IMG/VR virus record: IMGVR_UViG_3300048838_001252
Coordinates: 1 to 64,000 of that record
Source of the DNA: a virus
Reading direction: 5' to 3' (one strand)
Length of the DNA: 64,000 nt
Below are positions 9,404 to 19,556 of the stretch, piece by piece; position 1 is the first letter of the stretch; the number at the start of each line of letters is the position of its first letter. Under the pieces are notes generated by a model, which saw only the letters and a program-made list of their open reading frames with translations, ran no database searches and had not been told where the DNA came from. The position numbers were made by a program, and so were the translations under genes.

Positions 9404-10321
9404 CTAAGTGTTTGGGAAAAAAAAATCCAGACCGAGAGATAAATACGCATCAAACTTATATCCATCTTTGGCTTGAAATTCGTATTTCATGTCAATATCA
9501 GGACTTACTTCCAAGATTTTTCTACGAATGGTTACCGCATCCAAAGCTGGCATTGCATCTACAAATTTATCAATATATGACCTATCTGTTTTTTCATTTA
9601 TTGCAACAATATGTGCCTTGAGTTTCATGGTATTATAATCGCTGTATTCATTACCATATGCTTCTTTAATAGATTCGGCTTTTTTAAATAACTGAGCATC
9701 TTCACCAGAAGTTAACAACCTGAAAGTCACTAACTTTTTCCTCATTGGTATTTCTACGGTAAATAAGCCATTTGCGTTTGGTTTTTCGTTTACCTCTTTA
9801 TATCTCAATTTAAGTAAATCTACTGTTGATTGAAACTTAACTCCGGTTCTGGGGTCTGTTACTTCTACACTATAATCAGCACCATAACTACTGGTACGAA
9901 GAAAGAGAATAATTGCATTTCTATCTCCATTTAATAGTTCATTTGCATTAATACCCGGAGTTTTTATTTTTCTTTTTAATAAAATATTAAGAATTTCACC
10001 ACTATCAATTAATGAAGGTGTTGTTAAAAGGTCTTCATCTCTACTTGTCATGTATTCAACATCGACTTCTGAAATACCGTGTGCATAAAATAAACCCTTT
10101 GAAGGTAATTGAACAATTTCGTATGAAGTCATTAAATCCGGGTCAGTTTCCCTTGACATCATTTTTTCATATTCTTCTGGATTAAAAACAGGTGCTTTTG
10201 GAATTGTATGACTTGTTGCTGATTGAATGTTTTCACCTGAAGCATCACCAGTACCTTCTTTAAATTTCTTGATTACATCCGAAATATTTTCTTTTGGCGG
10301 TAAATTACCCTTTTCTCCCAT
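9404..10321 (-). CDS. Baseplate hub/tail assembly chaperone (T4 gp26-like)
   Basis: LPSKG.FY...MT.RDEDLL...LR..SYG..Y and C-terminal GLDFF. Confidence 0.75.
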   Translation of the reverse strand: MGEKGNLPPKENISDVIKKFKEGTGDASGENIQSATSHTIPKAPVFNPEEYEKMMSRETDPDLMTSYEIVQLPSKGLFYAHGISEVDVEYMTSRDEDLLTTPSLIDSGEILNILLKRKIKTPGINANELLNGDRNAIILFLRTSSYGADYSVEVTDPRTGVKFQSTVDLLKLRYKEVNEKPNANGLFTVEIPMRKKLVTFRLLTSGEDAQLFKKAESIKEAYGNEYSDYNTMKLKAHIVAINEKTDRSYIDKFVDAMPALDAVTIRRKILEVSPDIDMKYEFQAKDGYKFDAYLSLGLDFFFPNT

Positions 10322-10478
10322 TTTATAAAATTTTATACTTTATTATTATTTTTTCATAAATACTGAGAAAAATATTTTATACATATTCAAGATTTTTAAA
10401 TAAAGTCCGTATTACCATATGTAATTGATTATAATTTAAAAATAAAAATTAGTTAAAGTATTACACTAAATAAAATTT

Positions 10479-11351
10479 ATGGCAAAAAGGGATAGATTCC
10501 AAGAGGAAAAAGAATTTGTAGAGTTGACTTCGGTAAACAGTGGGGAACAGATATCAAAAATAAAATCAGAAATAAGTAAACTTTTACCAAATGATATAAA
10601 AATTATAGCAAAAAACGATAGCCAGAAAAAATTAATAAATTCAATAAAAAATAATGAAATCACGATTTGTGCAGGTCCTGCCGGGACTGGAAAGACTTTT
10701 GTTGCGATGGCATATGCCTTGAGTTTATTAAGAAAAAACACAAACAGATATAAGAAAATTTATTTGGTTAAATCTGTAACAACACTAAAGGGAGAAGAAA
10801 TTGGATTTTTAAAGGGCGACCTAAAAGAAAAGATTGAACCCTTTATGTGGAGTTTTTATATTAATATGGAAAAACTATTGCTGGATTCTACAATTAAAGC
10901 ACTTATTGATAAGGACATCATTAGACCCTTTCCTCTTGCATATATGAGAGGTGCAAGTCTTGATGATTGTATAATCATTGCTGATGAAATGCAGAATGTC
11001 ACACTTGATAATTCCAGAACATTACTAACGAGAATCGGTAGTAATTCCAAGTTGATATTACTTGGAGATATCAATCAAATTGACATGAAAAACAAAAGTG
11101 AGAGTTCTTTGGAAATATTGCTTGAACTTTTTGATGATGTTGACAATATGGGAGTTATTAAAATGAATGAGGAAGATACAAATGTCAGAAACCCATTGAT
11201 TACAATTATTGAAAACAAATATAAAGAACTATCTGTGACAACATCCGGGACTTCAAGAAATAATAAAACCAATAGAATTTTATTAAATGAAAATATAAAG
11301 AAAACTGAACCCGATTATCAAAACATAGGAAGGGCAGCAAAATTTGAATAA
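10479..11351 (+). CDS. phoH: PhoH-like ATPase
   Basis: GPAGTGKT, IGFLKG, YMRG, IIADEMQN, LLTRIG, GDINQID motifs. Confidence 0.93.
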   Translation: MAKRDRFQEEKEFVELTSVNSGEQISKIKSEISKLLPNDIKIIAKNDSQKKLINSIKNNEITICAGPAGTGKTFVAMAYALSLLRKNTNRYKKIYLVKSVTTLKGEEIGFLKGDLKEKIEPFMWSFYINMEKLLLDSTIKALIDKDIIRPFPLAYMRGASLDDCIIIADEMQNVTLDNSRTLLTRIGSNSKLILLGDINQIDMKNKSESSLEILLELFDDVDNMGVIKMNEEDTNVRNPLITIIENKYKELSVTTSGTSRNNKTNRILLNENIKKTEPDYQNIGRAAKFE

Positions 11352-11352
11352 C

Positions 11353-11634
11353 ATGGAAAGTAAGATTTTAGTAATATATATAGGTGTTTTCGGAATTCGT
11401 AGTGAAGATATTACTGATTACACACAAAAAGTTTCAAAAAAAATTATACCCTCAACTTTTGAGGGGGAAATTATTGTAATTCCGGTACATTCTCCAGATA
11501 CAAGAATAGAATGTATTAATCCAAAATACATTACCGATGCCGATTTAATTAAAGAGCATACCGAAATGATGAAAAAATTACAGGAAGAACTTCACAATGA
11601 GTTGAAGGTATTAAAAGAAAATAAAAATGAGTAA
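11353..11634 (+). CDS. Small protein with a portal-like peptide motif
   Basis: LVIYIGVFGIRSEDITDYTQKV resembles this genome's portal segment KVFKIDVGNIDEDDIEDYIYKV; ATG at 11353. Confidence 0.55.
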   Translation: MESKILVIYIGVFGIRSEDITDYTQKVSKKIIPSTFEGEIIVIPVHSPDTRIECINPKYITDADLIKEHTEMMKKLQEELHNELKVLKENKNE

Positions 11635-12367
11635 AGTAACAGTAGGAATTGACATTAACGAAGTTTTTAGAGCAAAATGGCTTCAATTTGATAGATTTTT
11701 TGTTCAGGAATTTGGTGAAGAAAGTGTACCTAAAGACCAACCATATGTCTTTGATTTATTTAAGGGGTATCCTTGGAAAGATAGTGTTGAAACCATTAAA
11801 GAATTAAAAGAACCGGATGAAATGCCAGAAGACATTAATCCTCTGGATTATCAAATTGATGAAAAAACCGGAGAAGCTAATGCTGATGTGTTTTTATTTA
11901 AAAAGAATGAAACCGTTAATATTAGCGCACGTGAAGCCTATAATCGTTTCATGTATGAGGATTATGTTTTTGAAATTCATGCAAGTTCACCAATGATGTA
12001 TAAAGGCATGGATTTACACGTAAAGAATTTTTATTTAAAATATCAAAATGCTGTGGACTTCAGCATTTTATCGGTTGAAAATCAATTTAGTATTCCACCT
12101 ACACTTTTCTTTTTAAGTAAGATGACGTGTAGATTTGAAAACTATCGATTTGTAGAAAAGGGAATTGATATGTGGAAACACGTTGATGTTCTTATTACAA
12201 CAGACCCCGAAATACTACAATTAGGTGCTCCTTGGGGTAAGAAATTAATAAAGTTGACCAGACCTTATAATGAAAACATTAAATCCGGCTCATTAGAAGT
12301 ACTTCAAGTAGCGGATTTAATCGATAATAAGGAATTTGAAAAAATAATTAAATATAAAAACAAATAA
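11627..12367 (+). CDS. HAD-superfamily 5'(3')-nucleotidase-like protein
   Basis: N-terminal VGIDINEV (degenerate DxDxV), DVLI and C-terminal RPYN. Confidence 0.5.
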   Translation: MSKVTVGIDINEVFRAKWLQFDRFFVQEFGEESVPKDQPYVFDLFKGYPWKDSVETIKELKEPDEMPEDINPLDYQIDEKTGEANADVFLFKKNETVNISAREAYNRFMYEDYVFEIHASSPMMYKGMDLHVKNFYLKYQNAVDFSILSVENQFSIPPTLFFLSKMTCRFENYRFVEKGIDMWKHVDVLITTDPEILQLGAPWGKKLIKLTRPYNENIKSGSLEVLQVADLIDNKEFEKIIKYKNK

Positions 12368-12371
12368 ACAA

Positions 12372-13520
12372 ATGGAAGAACAAGTATTAAATAATGAAGC
12401 ACAGAAAGCTGAGTTAGAAAAGATTGAAAAGATTAGGGTTTCTCTAAGTAAAATATATGATAAGAAATCTAAGTTTCTTTTCTGTATACCTGAATCACAG
12501 AATCCTGCAGCAAGTATATATGAAATTTATTTTCATGCAACAGTTGTTAAAAAAATGGGTTATGAAGTGGTTATTATGGTAGAAAAGGGTGATTATATTG
12601 TACCTACATGGGTAGAAAAAGAACTCACCAATCATAAACACATGTCAATGAGTGACCCAAAACTCACTGTCGGACCGGAAGACATCATGGTAATTCCTGA
12701 AGTGTATTCAAACATTATGGAACAAACAAAAAATCTTCCATGTTTGAGAATTGGTTTATTACAATCAGTTGACTACATGTTAAATGGTTTAATTCCGGGA
12801 AGCGACTGGAAATCGTTTGGTATAAATGATATCATTACCACATCCCCCACACTTAAAGAATGGGTTGAGACATATTACGGTAATAAGTTCAATATCAAAA
12901 CATATAATGTTGGAATTCCTTCATATTTTCAGAAGTCGGACTTACCACAAAAACCAATTATTTCAGTTGTTGGTAGAAATGCAAATGAGGTTGCAAAAAT
13001 TGTTAAATTATTTTTCGCAAAATATCCTCAATATAGCTGGGTAACTTTTGACCCCATGCTTACCAAGAGCAAACCGCCACAGCAAATGCGTAGAATTGAC
13101 TTTGCAAAGAGATTGCAAGGCAATTTTGCTGCAGTCTGGATTGATAGAATTGCAAGTTTAGGTACGTTCCCTCTTGAATGCATGAAATCAGGTGTAATTC
13201 CAATCTGTTTAAAACCAGATGTAATGCCGGAATACATGATTGAAAGAGATGAAAATGGCATTCCGGTTAAAGCTGTTGAAGGTGCAGGTGTATGGACTGA
13301 AAACTACTATGACCTTCCTATTTTAATTGGAGAGGTTTTGGTTAAATTTCTTGATGATGCAATTCAGCCAGCATTATATGAAACAATGGATAACGTTGCT
13401 TCGAAATACACACAAGAAGCCAGCGAAGCAAAACTAATTGAAATATACACAGAGTATATTAACCAGAGAGTCAGCCTTCTTGAAGGTGCAATTGAACCAA
13501 AGGTTGAAGAAAAATTATAA
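12372..13520 (+). CDS. Glycosyltransferase, GT-B-like (divergent)
   Basis: DIMVIPE and SLGTFPLECMKSG (variant of E.FG...LEAM..G). Confidence 0.65.
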   Translation: MEEQVLNNEAQKAELEKIEKIRVSLSKIYDKKSKFLFCIPESQNPAASIYEIYFHATVVKKMGYEVVIMVEKGDYIVPTWVEKELTNHKHMSMSDPKLTVGPEDIMVIPEVYSNIMEQTKNLPCLRIGLLQSVDYMLNGLIPGSDWKSFGINDIITTSPTLKEWVETYYGNKFNIKTYNVGIPSYFQKSDLPQKPIISVVGRNANEVAKIVKLFFAKYPQYSWVTFDPMLTKSKPPQQMRRIDFAKRLQGNFAAVWIDRIASLGTFPLECMKSGVIPICLKPDVMPEYMIERDENGIPVKAVEGAGVWTENYYDLPILIGEVLVKFLDDAIQPALYETMDNVASKYTQEASEAKLIEIYTEYINQRVSLLEGAIEPKVEEKL

Positions 13521-13540
13521 GAATTTTAATTAAAAAAGAA

Positions 13541-14365
13541 ATGAATATATCAGTAATAATTCCAGTTCATGAACATAATGATGAGTTATCATTATATTTA
13601 GATAAAGCAGTTGAATCAATCGCAAAACAAGAAAATGTCGATGAGTTGCCACAATTAGTTTTGGTATTTTCACCGGAACTTGAAGCAGCAATTGAAGGAT
13701 TTAAGGATGCTACAATTCGTAAATATCAGGATAAATTTCCTTACACAAAATTTACTCTTGTGAAAAATGAAGGAAAATGTGATTATCAATCACAAGTAAA
13801 CCTTGCTGTTAAATCAGTAACAACCGATTATTTCTCGGTACTTGAATTTGATGATGAATATAGTAATGCCTATTTTAAGAATGCCAGTAAATATGTTGAA
13901 AGTTACCCGGAAGTCGATGTCTTCTTAACTATGATGATTGAAGTAAACGAACAAAACCAAGGTATAAAACTAACAAATGAGACTGTCTGGGCACAACAGT
14001 TTGTTGGCGAAAACGGTGAAATGGGATTTTTGAATGTGAATGCACTAAAACAGTATACTGATTTTAAATTAAGTGGTGCTGTGATAAAGAAAAGCGAGTT
14101 TGAAAATCTTGGTGGATATAAATCAAACATCAAGCTAACATTCATGTATGAGTTCTTACTCAGGGCATTAAATAATGCATGTAAGATAATGACCATTCCA
14201 AAAATTGGTTATAAACATCTTGCGACTCGTGAAGGTAGTTTGTTTAATACATATTTAAAAACAATGCCTGTTAATGAAAGAAAGTTTTGGTTCGAAACCG
14301 CAACAAAAGAAGCAAATTTCACAAATGACAGAGTAATAGATATGTCAAGACTTCAACAGTCATAA
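13541..14365 (+). CDS. Glycosyltransferase family 2
   Basis: ISVIIPVH, N.AV..V.TDYFSVLEFDD and F...GG motifs. Confidence 0.75.
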   Translation: MNISVIIPVHEHNDELSLYLDKAVESIAKQENVDELPQLVLVFSPELEAAIEGFKDATIRKYQDKFPYTKFTLVKNEGKCDYQSQVNLAVKSVTTDYFSVLEFDDEYSNAYFKNASKYVESYPEVDVFLTMMIEVNEQNQGIKLTNETVWAQQFVGENGEMGFLNVNALKQYTDFKLSGAVIKKSEFENLGGYKSNIKLTFMYEFLLRALNNACKIMTIPKIGYKHLATREGSLFNTYLKTMPVNERKFWFETATKEANFTNDRVIDMSRLQQS

Positions 14366-14395
14366 AAATAATCTAATGTGTTAATTTTATGATAC

Positions 14396-15151
14396 ATGAA
14401 AGAAGATAATGATATTAATATTCCGTATTTTGCGGAACGTGAAGAACAAGCAGTAATTGATTATATTAATTCTGATTCGGTAGAAGTTAAGAATCAAATA
14501 TATAATGAAATACTGCTTGAACCCTTCCGTAAAATGATTCAATCTATTTTAAGACGATATCCGATACATATTGGAAATTATGATATGGAAGAGGTTGAGG
14601 AAAATGCACTAACTCACCTTATTGAACATATGGTGAAGTTTAATCCTGATAAAATTACAAAATCCGGTGTTAAAACCAAAGCATATAGTTATTGTCAAAC
14701 CATTATTAGAAACTATTATAAAGACCACAGTAAAAAAAGCTATACCGAAAAAAAGATTAATTTGCCATATGATGATTATATCGATGAGATAAACGAAAAC
14801 GTTGAGTATTCATATGAAATTGAGACAGAAACACAACACCAACTCGAATTATTAATTAATACTGTAGTGGCAAAAATCGAAGATAAAATAGACAACGACC
14901 CAACGATGAAAAAAAATGAAATAATTGTTGGTGATGCAATTGCAAATGTCTTAAAAAATTGGCATCTTTTATTTCAGGAAGATACACCAGATGGTAGATA
15001 TAATAAAAGAATCACAAATAAGTTCGCTAAAAATAAAATACTGTTGTTTCTAAAAGAACAAACCGGATTAAATACCAAAGAAATCAGAATGGCAATCAAA
15101 CCATTTAAAGAAATATATTTTGTTGAAAAAATTGGATATCTGGATGATTAA
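14396..15151 (+). CDS. Phage RNA polymerase sigma-like factor (T4 gp55-like late sigma candidate)
   Basis: YF...E...Y / KFNP.K....KAYSY...I.RNY resembles region 2 of gp55-type sigma factors. Confidence 0.6.
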   Translation: MKEDNDINIPYFAEREEQAVIDYINSDSVEVKNQIYNEILLEPFRKMIQSILRRYPIHIGNYDMEEVEENALTHLIEHMVKFNPDKITKSGVKTKAYSYCQTIIRNYYKDHSKKSYTEKKINLPYDDYIDEINENVEYSYEIETETQHQLELLINTVVAKIEDKIDNDPTMKKNEIIVGDAIANVLKNWHLLFQEDTPDGRYNKRITNKFAKNKILLFLKEQTGLNTKEIRMAIKPFKEIYFVEKIGYLDD

Positions 15152-15166
15152 AGAAATTTAATAATT

Positions 15167-15176
15167 AGTATTTATA
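15167..15176 (+). promoter_or_regulatory. Putative late promoter AGTATTTATA (one of about 24 copies)
   Basis: The same motif occurs in sense orientation 5-65 nt upstream of almost every virion gene or operon (see findings). Confidence 0.75.
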
Positions 15177-15198
15177 TGTACTAAAACTATAAATTATT

Positions 15199-15588
15199 AT
15201 GCCAAGACCTCAGAGAAAAAAATTAAAGTTCGATGAAGAAAGTGTAAATAAACTTCTTCAGGAAATTTATGATGAAAGTCATAATCAAAAAGCAAAAATT
15301 ACCAGACTATTTACCAAATGGGAACAAAAGGTTAAAGAAGGTGGTGAGATTGCAGCGATTGGCGACCAGATAGTAAAACTTATTGCTGCTGAAGCCAAGA
15401 ACCAAGACCAGAAAATCATGTTACTTAAATATCTGAAAGAAGTGGTATTTGAGAACAAAGCAAATACGGGCGGTGGTTTTCAACAGAAAAAAGAAGAGGA
15501 AGGACAGGTTTCGTCTGATGATAGAAATGAACTTCTTGATTTTGTACAAAAAGAACTCGAAAAAAAGAACAAAGAAAAAAACCAATAA
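15199..15588 (+). CDS. Hypothetical helical protein
   Basis: 129-aa ORF directly after a late promoter. Confidence 0.65.
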   Translation: MPRPQRKKLKFDEESVNKLLQEIYDESHNQKAKITRLFTKWEQKVKEGGEIAAIGDQIVKLIAAEAKNQDQKIMLLKYLKEVVFENKANTGGGFQQKKEEEGQVSSDDRNELLDFVQKELEKKNKEKNQ

Positions 15589-15591
15589 AAT

Positions 15592-16896
15592 ATGGGTTTG
15601 ATTGATGATAAAAAAAATGTTTTTACTACAATCGGTGCATATACTTCCTTAAAACAAGAAAGAAATTTACCGGATGCAACAAACCTATACCCGTCAGTCA
15701 ACAATAAAAAGGATGCAATACCTTTTTTACTTGATGTTTTAAAAACCGTTGTTGGTAGCACAGCATTAAAAGATTTGACTGGTGAATTATTTACTAAGTT
15801 CGTTGATGGAGTAGAGCCTAAAATGAAAGATGCATTAAAAAATCAAATGATTCAATTTGATGCAGGTAATTTACTCCCTGACGAATTTAAAACAAACGGC
15901 TACACTGTTCCGGTTAAAGATATTGATATTTACGGAAAACTAAAAACCAATCCAAATTCGAATACTGGTAGTTTATTATATGGCGTAACCAATAGCTTCG
16001 ATAGTGTTGCCTATCAAGCAATTGTGAATAATGGAACGGAAACGCCTTATAATAACATGTATATTAAGTATAATTCTGTAACCGATAGTTTCACTTTTAA
16101 ACCCAAACTTGATGTAACTCCAAACCCGTCTGTTGGTGATTGGATGGGGTCATTTATTGATGATACTGTTCTTATTGATAAAAAGGAGTTTTTAACCAAC
16201 GTAATGGATGGTATATATGGTAGTGTAGCATCAAATCAAAATAAAACCACAGAAGAATTATATCAGGAACTTCAAATAAAAAAATTAATTGAAAATTTAA
16301 TCGAAGACAACGATACTTTCGAAATAACACAGGACGAATTTGATGTCTTATTACAAAAGGCAAAAGAATTACAAGAAGGTGTAGTTTATTATGATATGGG
16401 TTGTAGAGTTGTGGGTGCAACACTTCCACTGAGTGGAATGACAGCACTAATTCAACAAATATCTGGTTCAACCGATAGTTTTGCTGTTGGAAATGCAGTC
16501 GAATCAACAATTGATAGTAGTTTAGTTGATAATTCGGATATTGCCAACGAAAATAAAGAAACAATAAAAGACGGATTTTTTCAAAGACTAATCAGAATTA
16601 TCCAACAGATGTTGGCTCAAATTCTAACCACATCTCCGCAAATAAGAGCACTTCTTGCTATAAGCAGTGCATTTAAAAACAATAACGTGGTTCAGATTGG
16701 TAACCCCAAAGATGATTTGAAAAAATTCAAGGTGTTTTTAAAATGTATAATTAAGGAAGCAATTAAAATGATAAACGAATTTATATTTAATATTGTTGTT
16801 TCGTTTTTAATTGCATTGCTTTCACCAATTATTAAAAAAATAATAAGAGAAAAAATAAATCAATACGTAAGTATTTTAAAAAGTTTAATAACGTAA
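15592..16896 (+). CDS. Putative virion structural protein
   Basis: 434-aa ORF in a late operon before the gp5-like gene. Confidence 0.6.
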   Translation: MGLIDDKKNVFTTIGAYTSLKQERNLPDATNLYPSVNNKKDAIPFLLDVLKTVVGSTALKDLTGELFTKFVDGVEPKMKDALKNQMIQFDAGNLLPDEFKTNGYTVPVKDIDIYGKLKTNPNSNTGSLLYGVTNSFDSVAYQAIVNNGTETPYNNMYIKYNSVTDSFTFKPKLDVTPNPSVGDWMGSFIDDTVLIDKKEFLTNVMDGIYGSVASNQNKTTEELYQELQIKKLIENLIEDNDTFEITQDEFDVLLQKAKELQEGVVYYDMGCRVVGATLPLSGMTALIQQISGSTDSFAVGNAVESTIDSSLVDNSDIANENKETIKDGFFQRLIRIIQQMLAQILTTSPQIRALLAISSAFKNNNVVQIGNPKDDLKKFKVFLKCIIKEAIKMINEFIFNIVVSFLIALLSPIIKKIIREKINQYVSILKSLIT

Positions 16897-16899
16897 ATT

Positions 16900-17241
16900 A
16901 TGATAGTAGACCAGAAATTAAACAAGCAGTTTGTTGGAGTATACCTTATCGATGGTAAAATCGATGGCACTCAACTCGCAACAACAAATAAACCAAATTG
17001 GTTTAGAAGAATCACAACCAGATTATTCTTGGGTTGGAGATGGATTAGCATTAAAAAATTAAAAGCAACTCCAACAACATTCAAGGAAAGAGTTAAAGCA
17101 TGGTTCGATGAAAGTATCGAAAGCATCAAAACATGGTTTTTTGAAAGCATCGAAAGTCTTAAAGCATGGTTTTTAAGTGTAATTGAAAACCTAAAAACTC
17201 GTATCAATAAGATATTAGACAAAATGAAATTTTGGAAATAA
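16900..17241 (+). CDS. Hypothetical protein with three 11-aa repeats
   Basis: KAWFDESIESI/KTWFFESIESL/KAWFLSVIENL. Confidence 0.6.
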   Translation: MIVDQKLNKQFVGVYLIDGKIDGTQLATTNKPNWFRRITTRLFLGWRWISIKKLKATPTTFKERVKAWFDESIESIKTWFFESIESLKAWFLSVIENLKTRINKILDKMKFWK

Positions 17242-17242
17242 T

Positions 17243-17650
17243 ATGGCAATAGATTTTAGTAATATAGATGCTATTATTGGTGGTTTTGATAAAATATTAA
17301 AACTTAGTTCAATAGGTGGTCCGCCACCTGTTCCTACACCACTTATATTAATTGGTGCACCAAGACGACCCGGTTTATCACCGACAAAGATAGCGTCACG
17401 TATTATTGCCAGAAAATCTGAAGCAGGTTTGCCTGTTGGTGTTTTGCCTTCCGGTAGCGTTAGTCCTGATGAAATTATGGAAAGAATCAGGATTGAAGAA
17501 ATCGTAAAAGCATTACAACAAGATGCAATTATTAGTGTTGCAATTCCACCGGGAATAACACTAACAGCAGCAGGTATTTCACCAACAGGACCGGTTTCTG
17601 TTTTCGGTTCAACAATTACTTTTTCTAAAGGATATGGAGTTATACAATAA
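17243..17650 (+). CDS. Putative baseplate-associated protein
   Basis: Gly/Pro-rich beta-type C-terminus; in the late operon next to the gp5-like gene. Confidence 0.5.
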   Translation: MAIDFSNIDAIIGGFDKILKLSSIGGPPPVPTPLILIGAPRRPGLSPTKIASRIIARKSEAGLPVGVLPSGSVSPDEIMERIRIEEIVKALQQDAIISVAIPPGITLTAAGISPTGPVSVFGSTITFSKGYGVIQ

Positions 17651-17856
17651 TGGAAGATTTAACAAAATATAGTCCAACAGAGTTGCTTAAAATAATTAAT
17701 GATACCAAAGTAAAGCATGATAGGTTAAAACAGGAAATTTTTAATCATCTTACTGAAATTGATAAAATTGAGATTGAGATAAATAAAAAAATTTTAGAAT
17801 TAACCGAAGAAGAAAAATATTATGTGGAATTGGTTGATGAATTAAATAAAAGATAA
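17650..17856 (+). CDS. Small coiled-coil hypothetical protein
   Basis: Coupled by TAATG overlaps on both sides. Confidence 0.6.
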   Translation: MEDLTKYSPTELLKIINDTKVKHDRLKQEIFNHLTEIDKIEIEINKKILELTEEEKYYVELVDELNKR

Positions 17857-18743
17857 TGTCATATAATAAACCAATCATACAAACAACTAATCCATTTAAA
17901 AAAGATGGTGTGTTTAAGGTTAGTAGAACTATTTACTACGGGCAGGTCGTTTCTATTGAAGATGAAACCGATGGTGGAAGAATTAAGGTTAAAATCCCGG
18001 ATTTAGATAATAAGGCTGCAACTGAAGACGTACCTTGGTGTTATCCGTTAATGCCTAAATTTTTTCATGTGTTTCCGCAGGTTGGTGAAATGGTAAGAGT
18101 TTTTATTGAAGACATTCATTATCCGCAAAGAAGTAGATTTTGGCTTGGTAGTGTTATCTCACAACCACAAAAAATTGGATTTGATAACATATACACCGCA
18201 TTATCTACAACAAACATGGGACTAACCATCCCAGAACCAGCACCTTCAACATATCCTGAAGCCACTGGTGTATTTCCGCTTAAAACTGATGTAGCTATTG
18301 TTGGTAAGGTTAATACCGATGTTATACTGCGCATCAATGAGGTTCATATTCGTGCTGGCAAACATGAAAACGATGATATTTTAAAACTTAATAGAAAAAA
18401 TCCGGCACAAATTAGCTTGGTTTTTGAACAGGAAAATAAAAGTGGGGAATATAAAAGCAGTTCGATTATTATGGGAGATAAAATTGCTTTGATTTCACAT
18501 ACCGGAGAACCACAATTTAAGGCAGCAGACCTTAATCTCGAAGACAGAGAAAGAATTTTTGATGAAGGACACCCAATTGCAAGGGGTGATGTTCTTGTTG
18601 AAGCATTGAATATTCTTAGAAAAGCACTTGTAAACCACATTCATGGTTATTCAAATCTTCCAGCAGATAAAAATTCTGTCATTAATGATTTAGAAAACAT
18701 TAATTTCGAAGCAATTTTACAAAAAAATATTGTAACTAACTAA
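17856..18743 (+). CDS. Baseplate central spike protein (gp5/VgrG OB-fold, no lysozyme domain)
   Basis: G.VV..ED...GRIKV.I...PWCYPL...PQVGE.V.V; C-terminal HIH. Confidence 0.8.
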   Translation: MSYNKPIIQTTNPFKKDGVFKVSRTIYYGQVVSIEDETDGGRIKVKIPDLDNKAATEDVPWCYPLMPKFFHVFPQVGEMVRVFIEDIHYPQRSRFWLGSVISQPQKIGFDNIYTALSTTNMGLTIPEPAPSTYPEATGVFPLKTDVAIVGKVNTDVILRINEVHIRAGKHENDDILKLNRKNPAQISLVFEQENKSGEYKSSSIIMGDKIALISHTGEPQFKAADLNLEDRERIFDEGHPIARGDVLVEALNILRKALVNHIHGYSNLPADKNSVINDLENINFEAILQKNIVTN

Positions 18744-18750
18744 AATTTTG

Positions 18751-18758
18751 TATATTTG
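18751..18758 (+). promoter_or_regulatory. Bacteroidota sigmaA -7 element TATATTTG
   Basis: Matches TAnnTTTG, with TTG about 18 nt upstream, just before ATG 18764. Confidence 0.5.
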
Positions 18759-18763
18759 CTCAC

Positions 18764-19552
18764 ATGAATAACACGATAATACCAAGCGAATTATTTACCG
18801 CTTTTAACGATATTACGTTTTACGATGAACCACACAAATATTTTCTTGAAAATCAGGAACTTATTTCTGTTACTACATTAATTCACAAGTATCAAGAAGA
18901 ATTTAATGAAGACTATTGGTCAAACTATAAAGCCGACCAATTTTTTTTAACACAAAGAGAAATTTTACGTGGATGGAACTTCATTAATAAAAAGGGAACT
19001 ATTAAAGGTTCTGCAATTCATGATTATGCCGAAAATCTATTTTTAAATAAAAAATACGAATACCCCAAAGACATTATTTTAAATGAATTTGGTTTTGACC
19101 CGGTTCACAGGGAATATGATATAACCAAAAAACACGTAAATAAATTTTATGATGATGTTAAGGGTAAATTAATTCCAATTAAAACCGAATTGGTTATTTA
19201 TGATAAAGAATCATTAATTGCGGGAATGCTTGATATGTTATTTTATAATGTAAAATATAAAGTTTTTCAATTATTTGATTGGAAAACAAATAAAGATTTT
19301 ACGTTTGAAATGAAAAGTAGACATTTACTTGATGATTTATGTGTGATTGAGGATTGTGATTTGGAAATTTATTCGCTTCAGCTTGGATTATACAAATATA
19401 TTATTGAGAAAAATACTGGAATAAAACTCGGTAAATCATATCTGGTGTGGTTTTCACATAACAATCCAAATTATCAGATTATTGAAGCAAAGGACAGGTC
19501 TGTTTATGTTAAAATGATTGTTAATAACAGAATTCAGGAATTAGCAGCATAA
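18764..19552 (+). CDS. PD-(D/E)XK exonuclease
   Basis: H.Y...SVTT...GSAIH...E...AGMLD...DWKT...YSLQL..Y. Confidence 0.85.
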   Translation: MNNTIIPSELFTAFNDITFYDEPHKYFLENQELISVTTLIHKYQEEFNEDYWSNYKADQFFLTQREILRGWNFINKKGTIKGSAIHDYAENLFLNKKYEYPKDIILNEFGFDPVHREYDITKKHVNKFYDDVKGKLIPIKTELVIYDKESLIAGMLDMLFYNVKYKVFQLFDWKTNKDFTFEMKSRHLLDDLCVIEDCDLEIYSLQLGLYKYIIEKNTGIKLGKSYLVWFSHNNPNYQIIEAKDRSVYVKMIVNNRIQELAA

Positions 19553-19556
19553 AACA

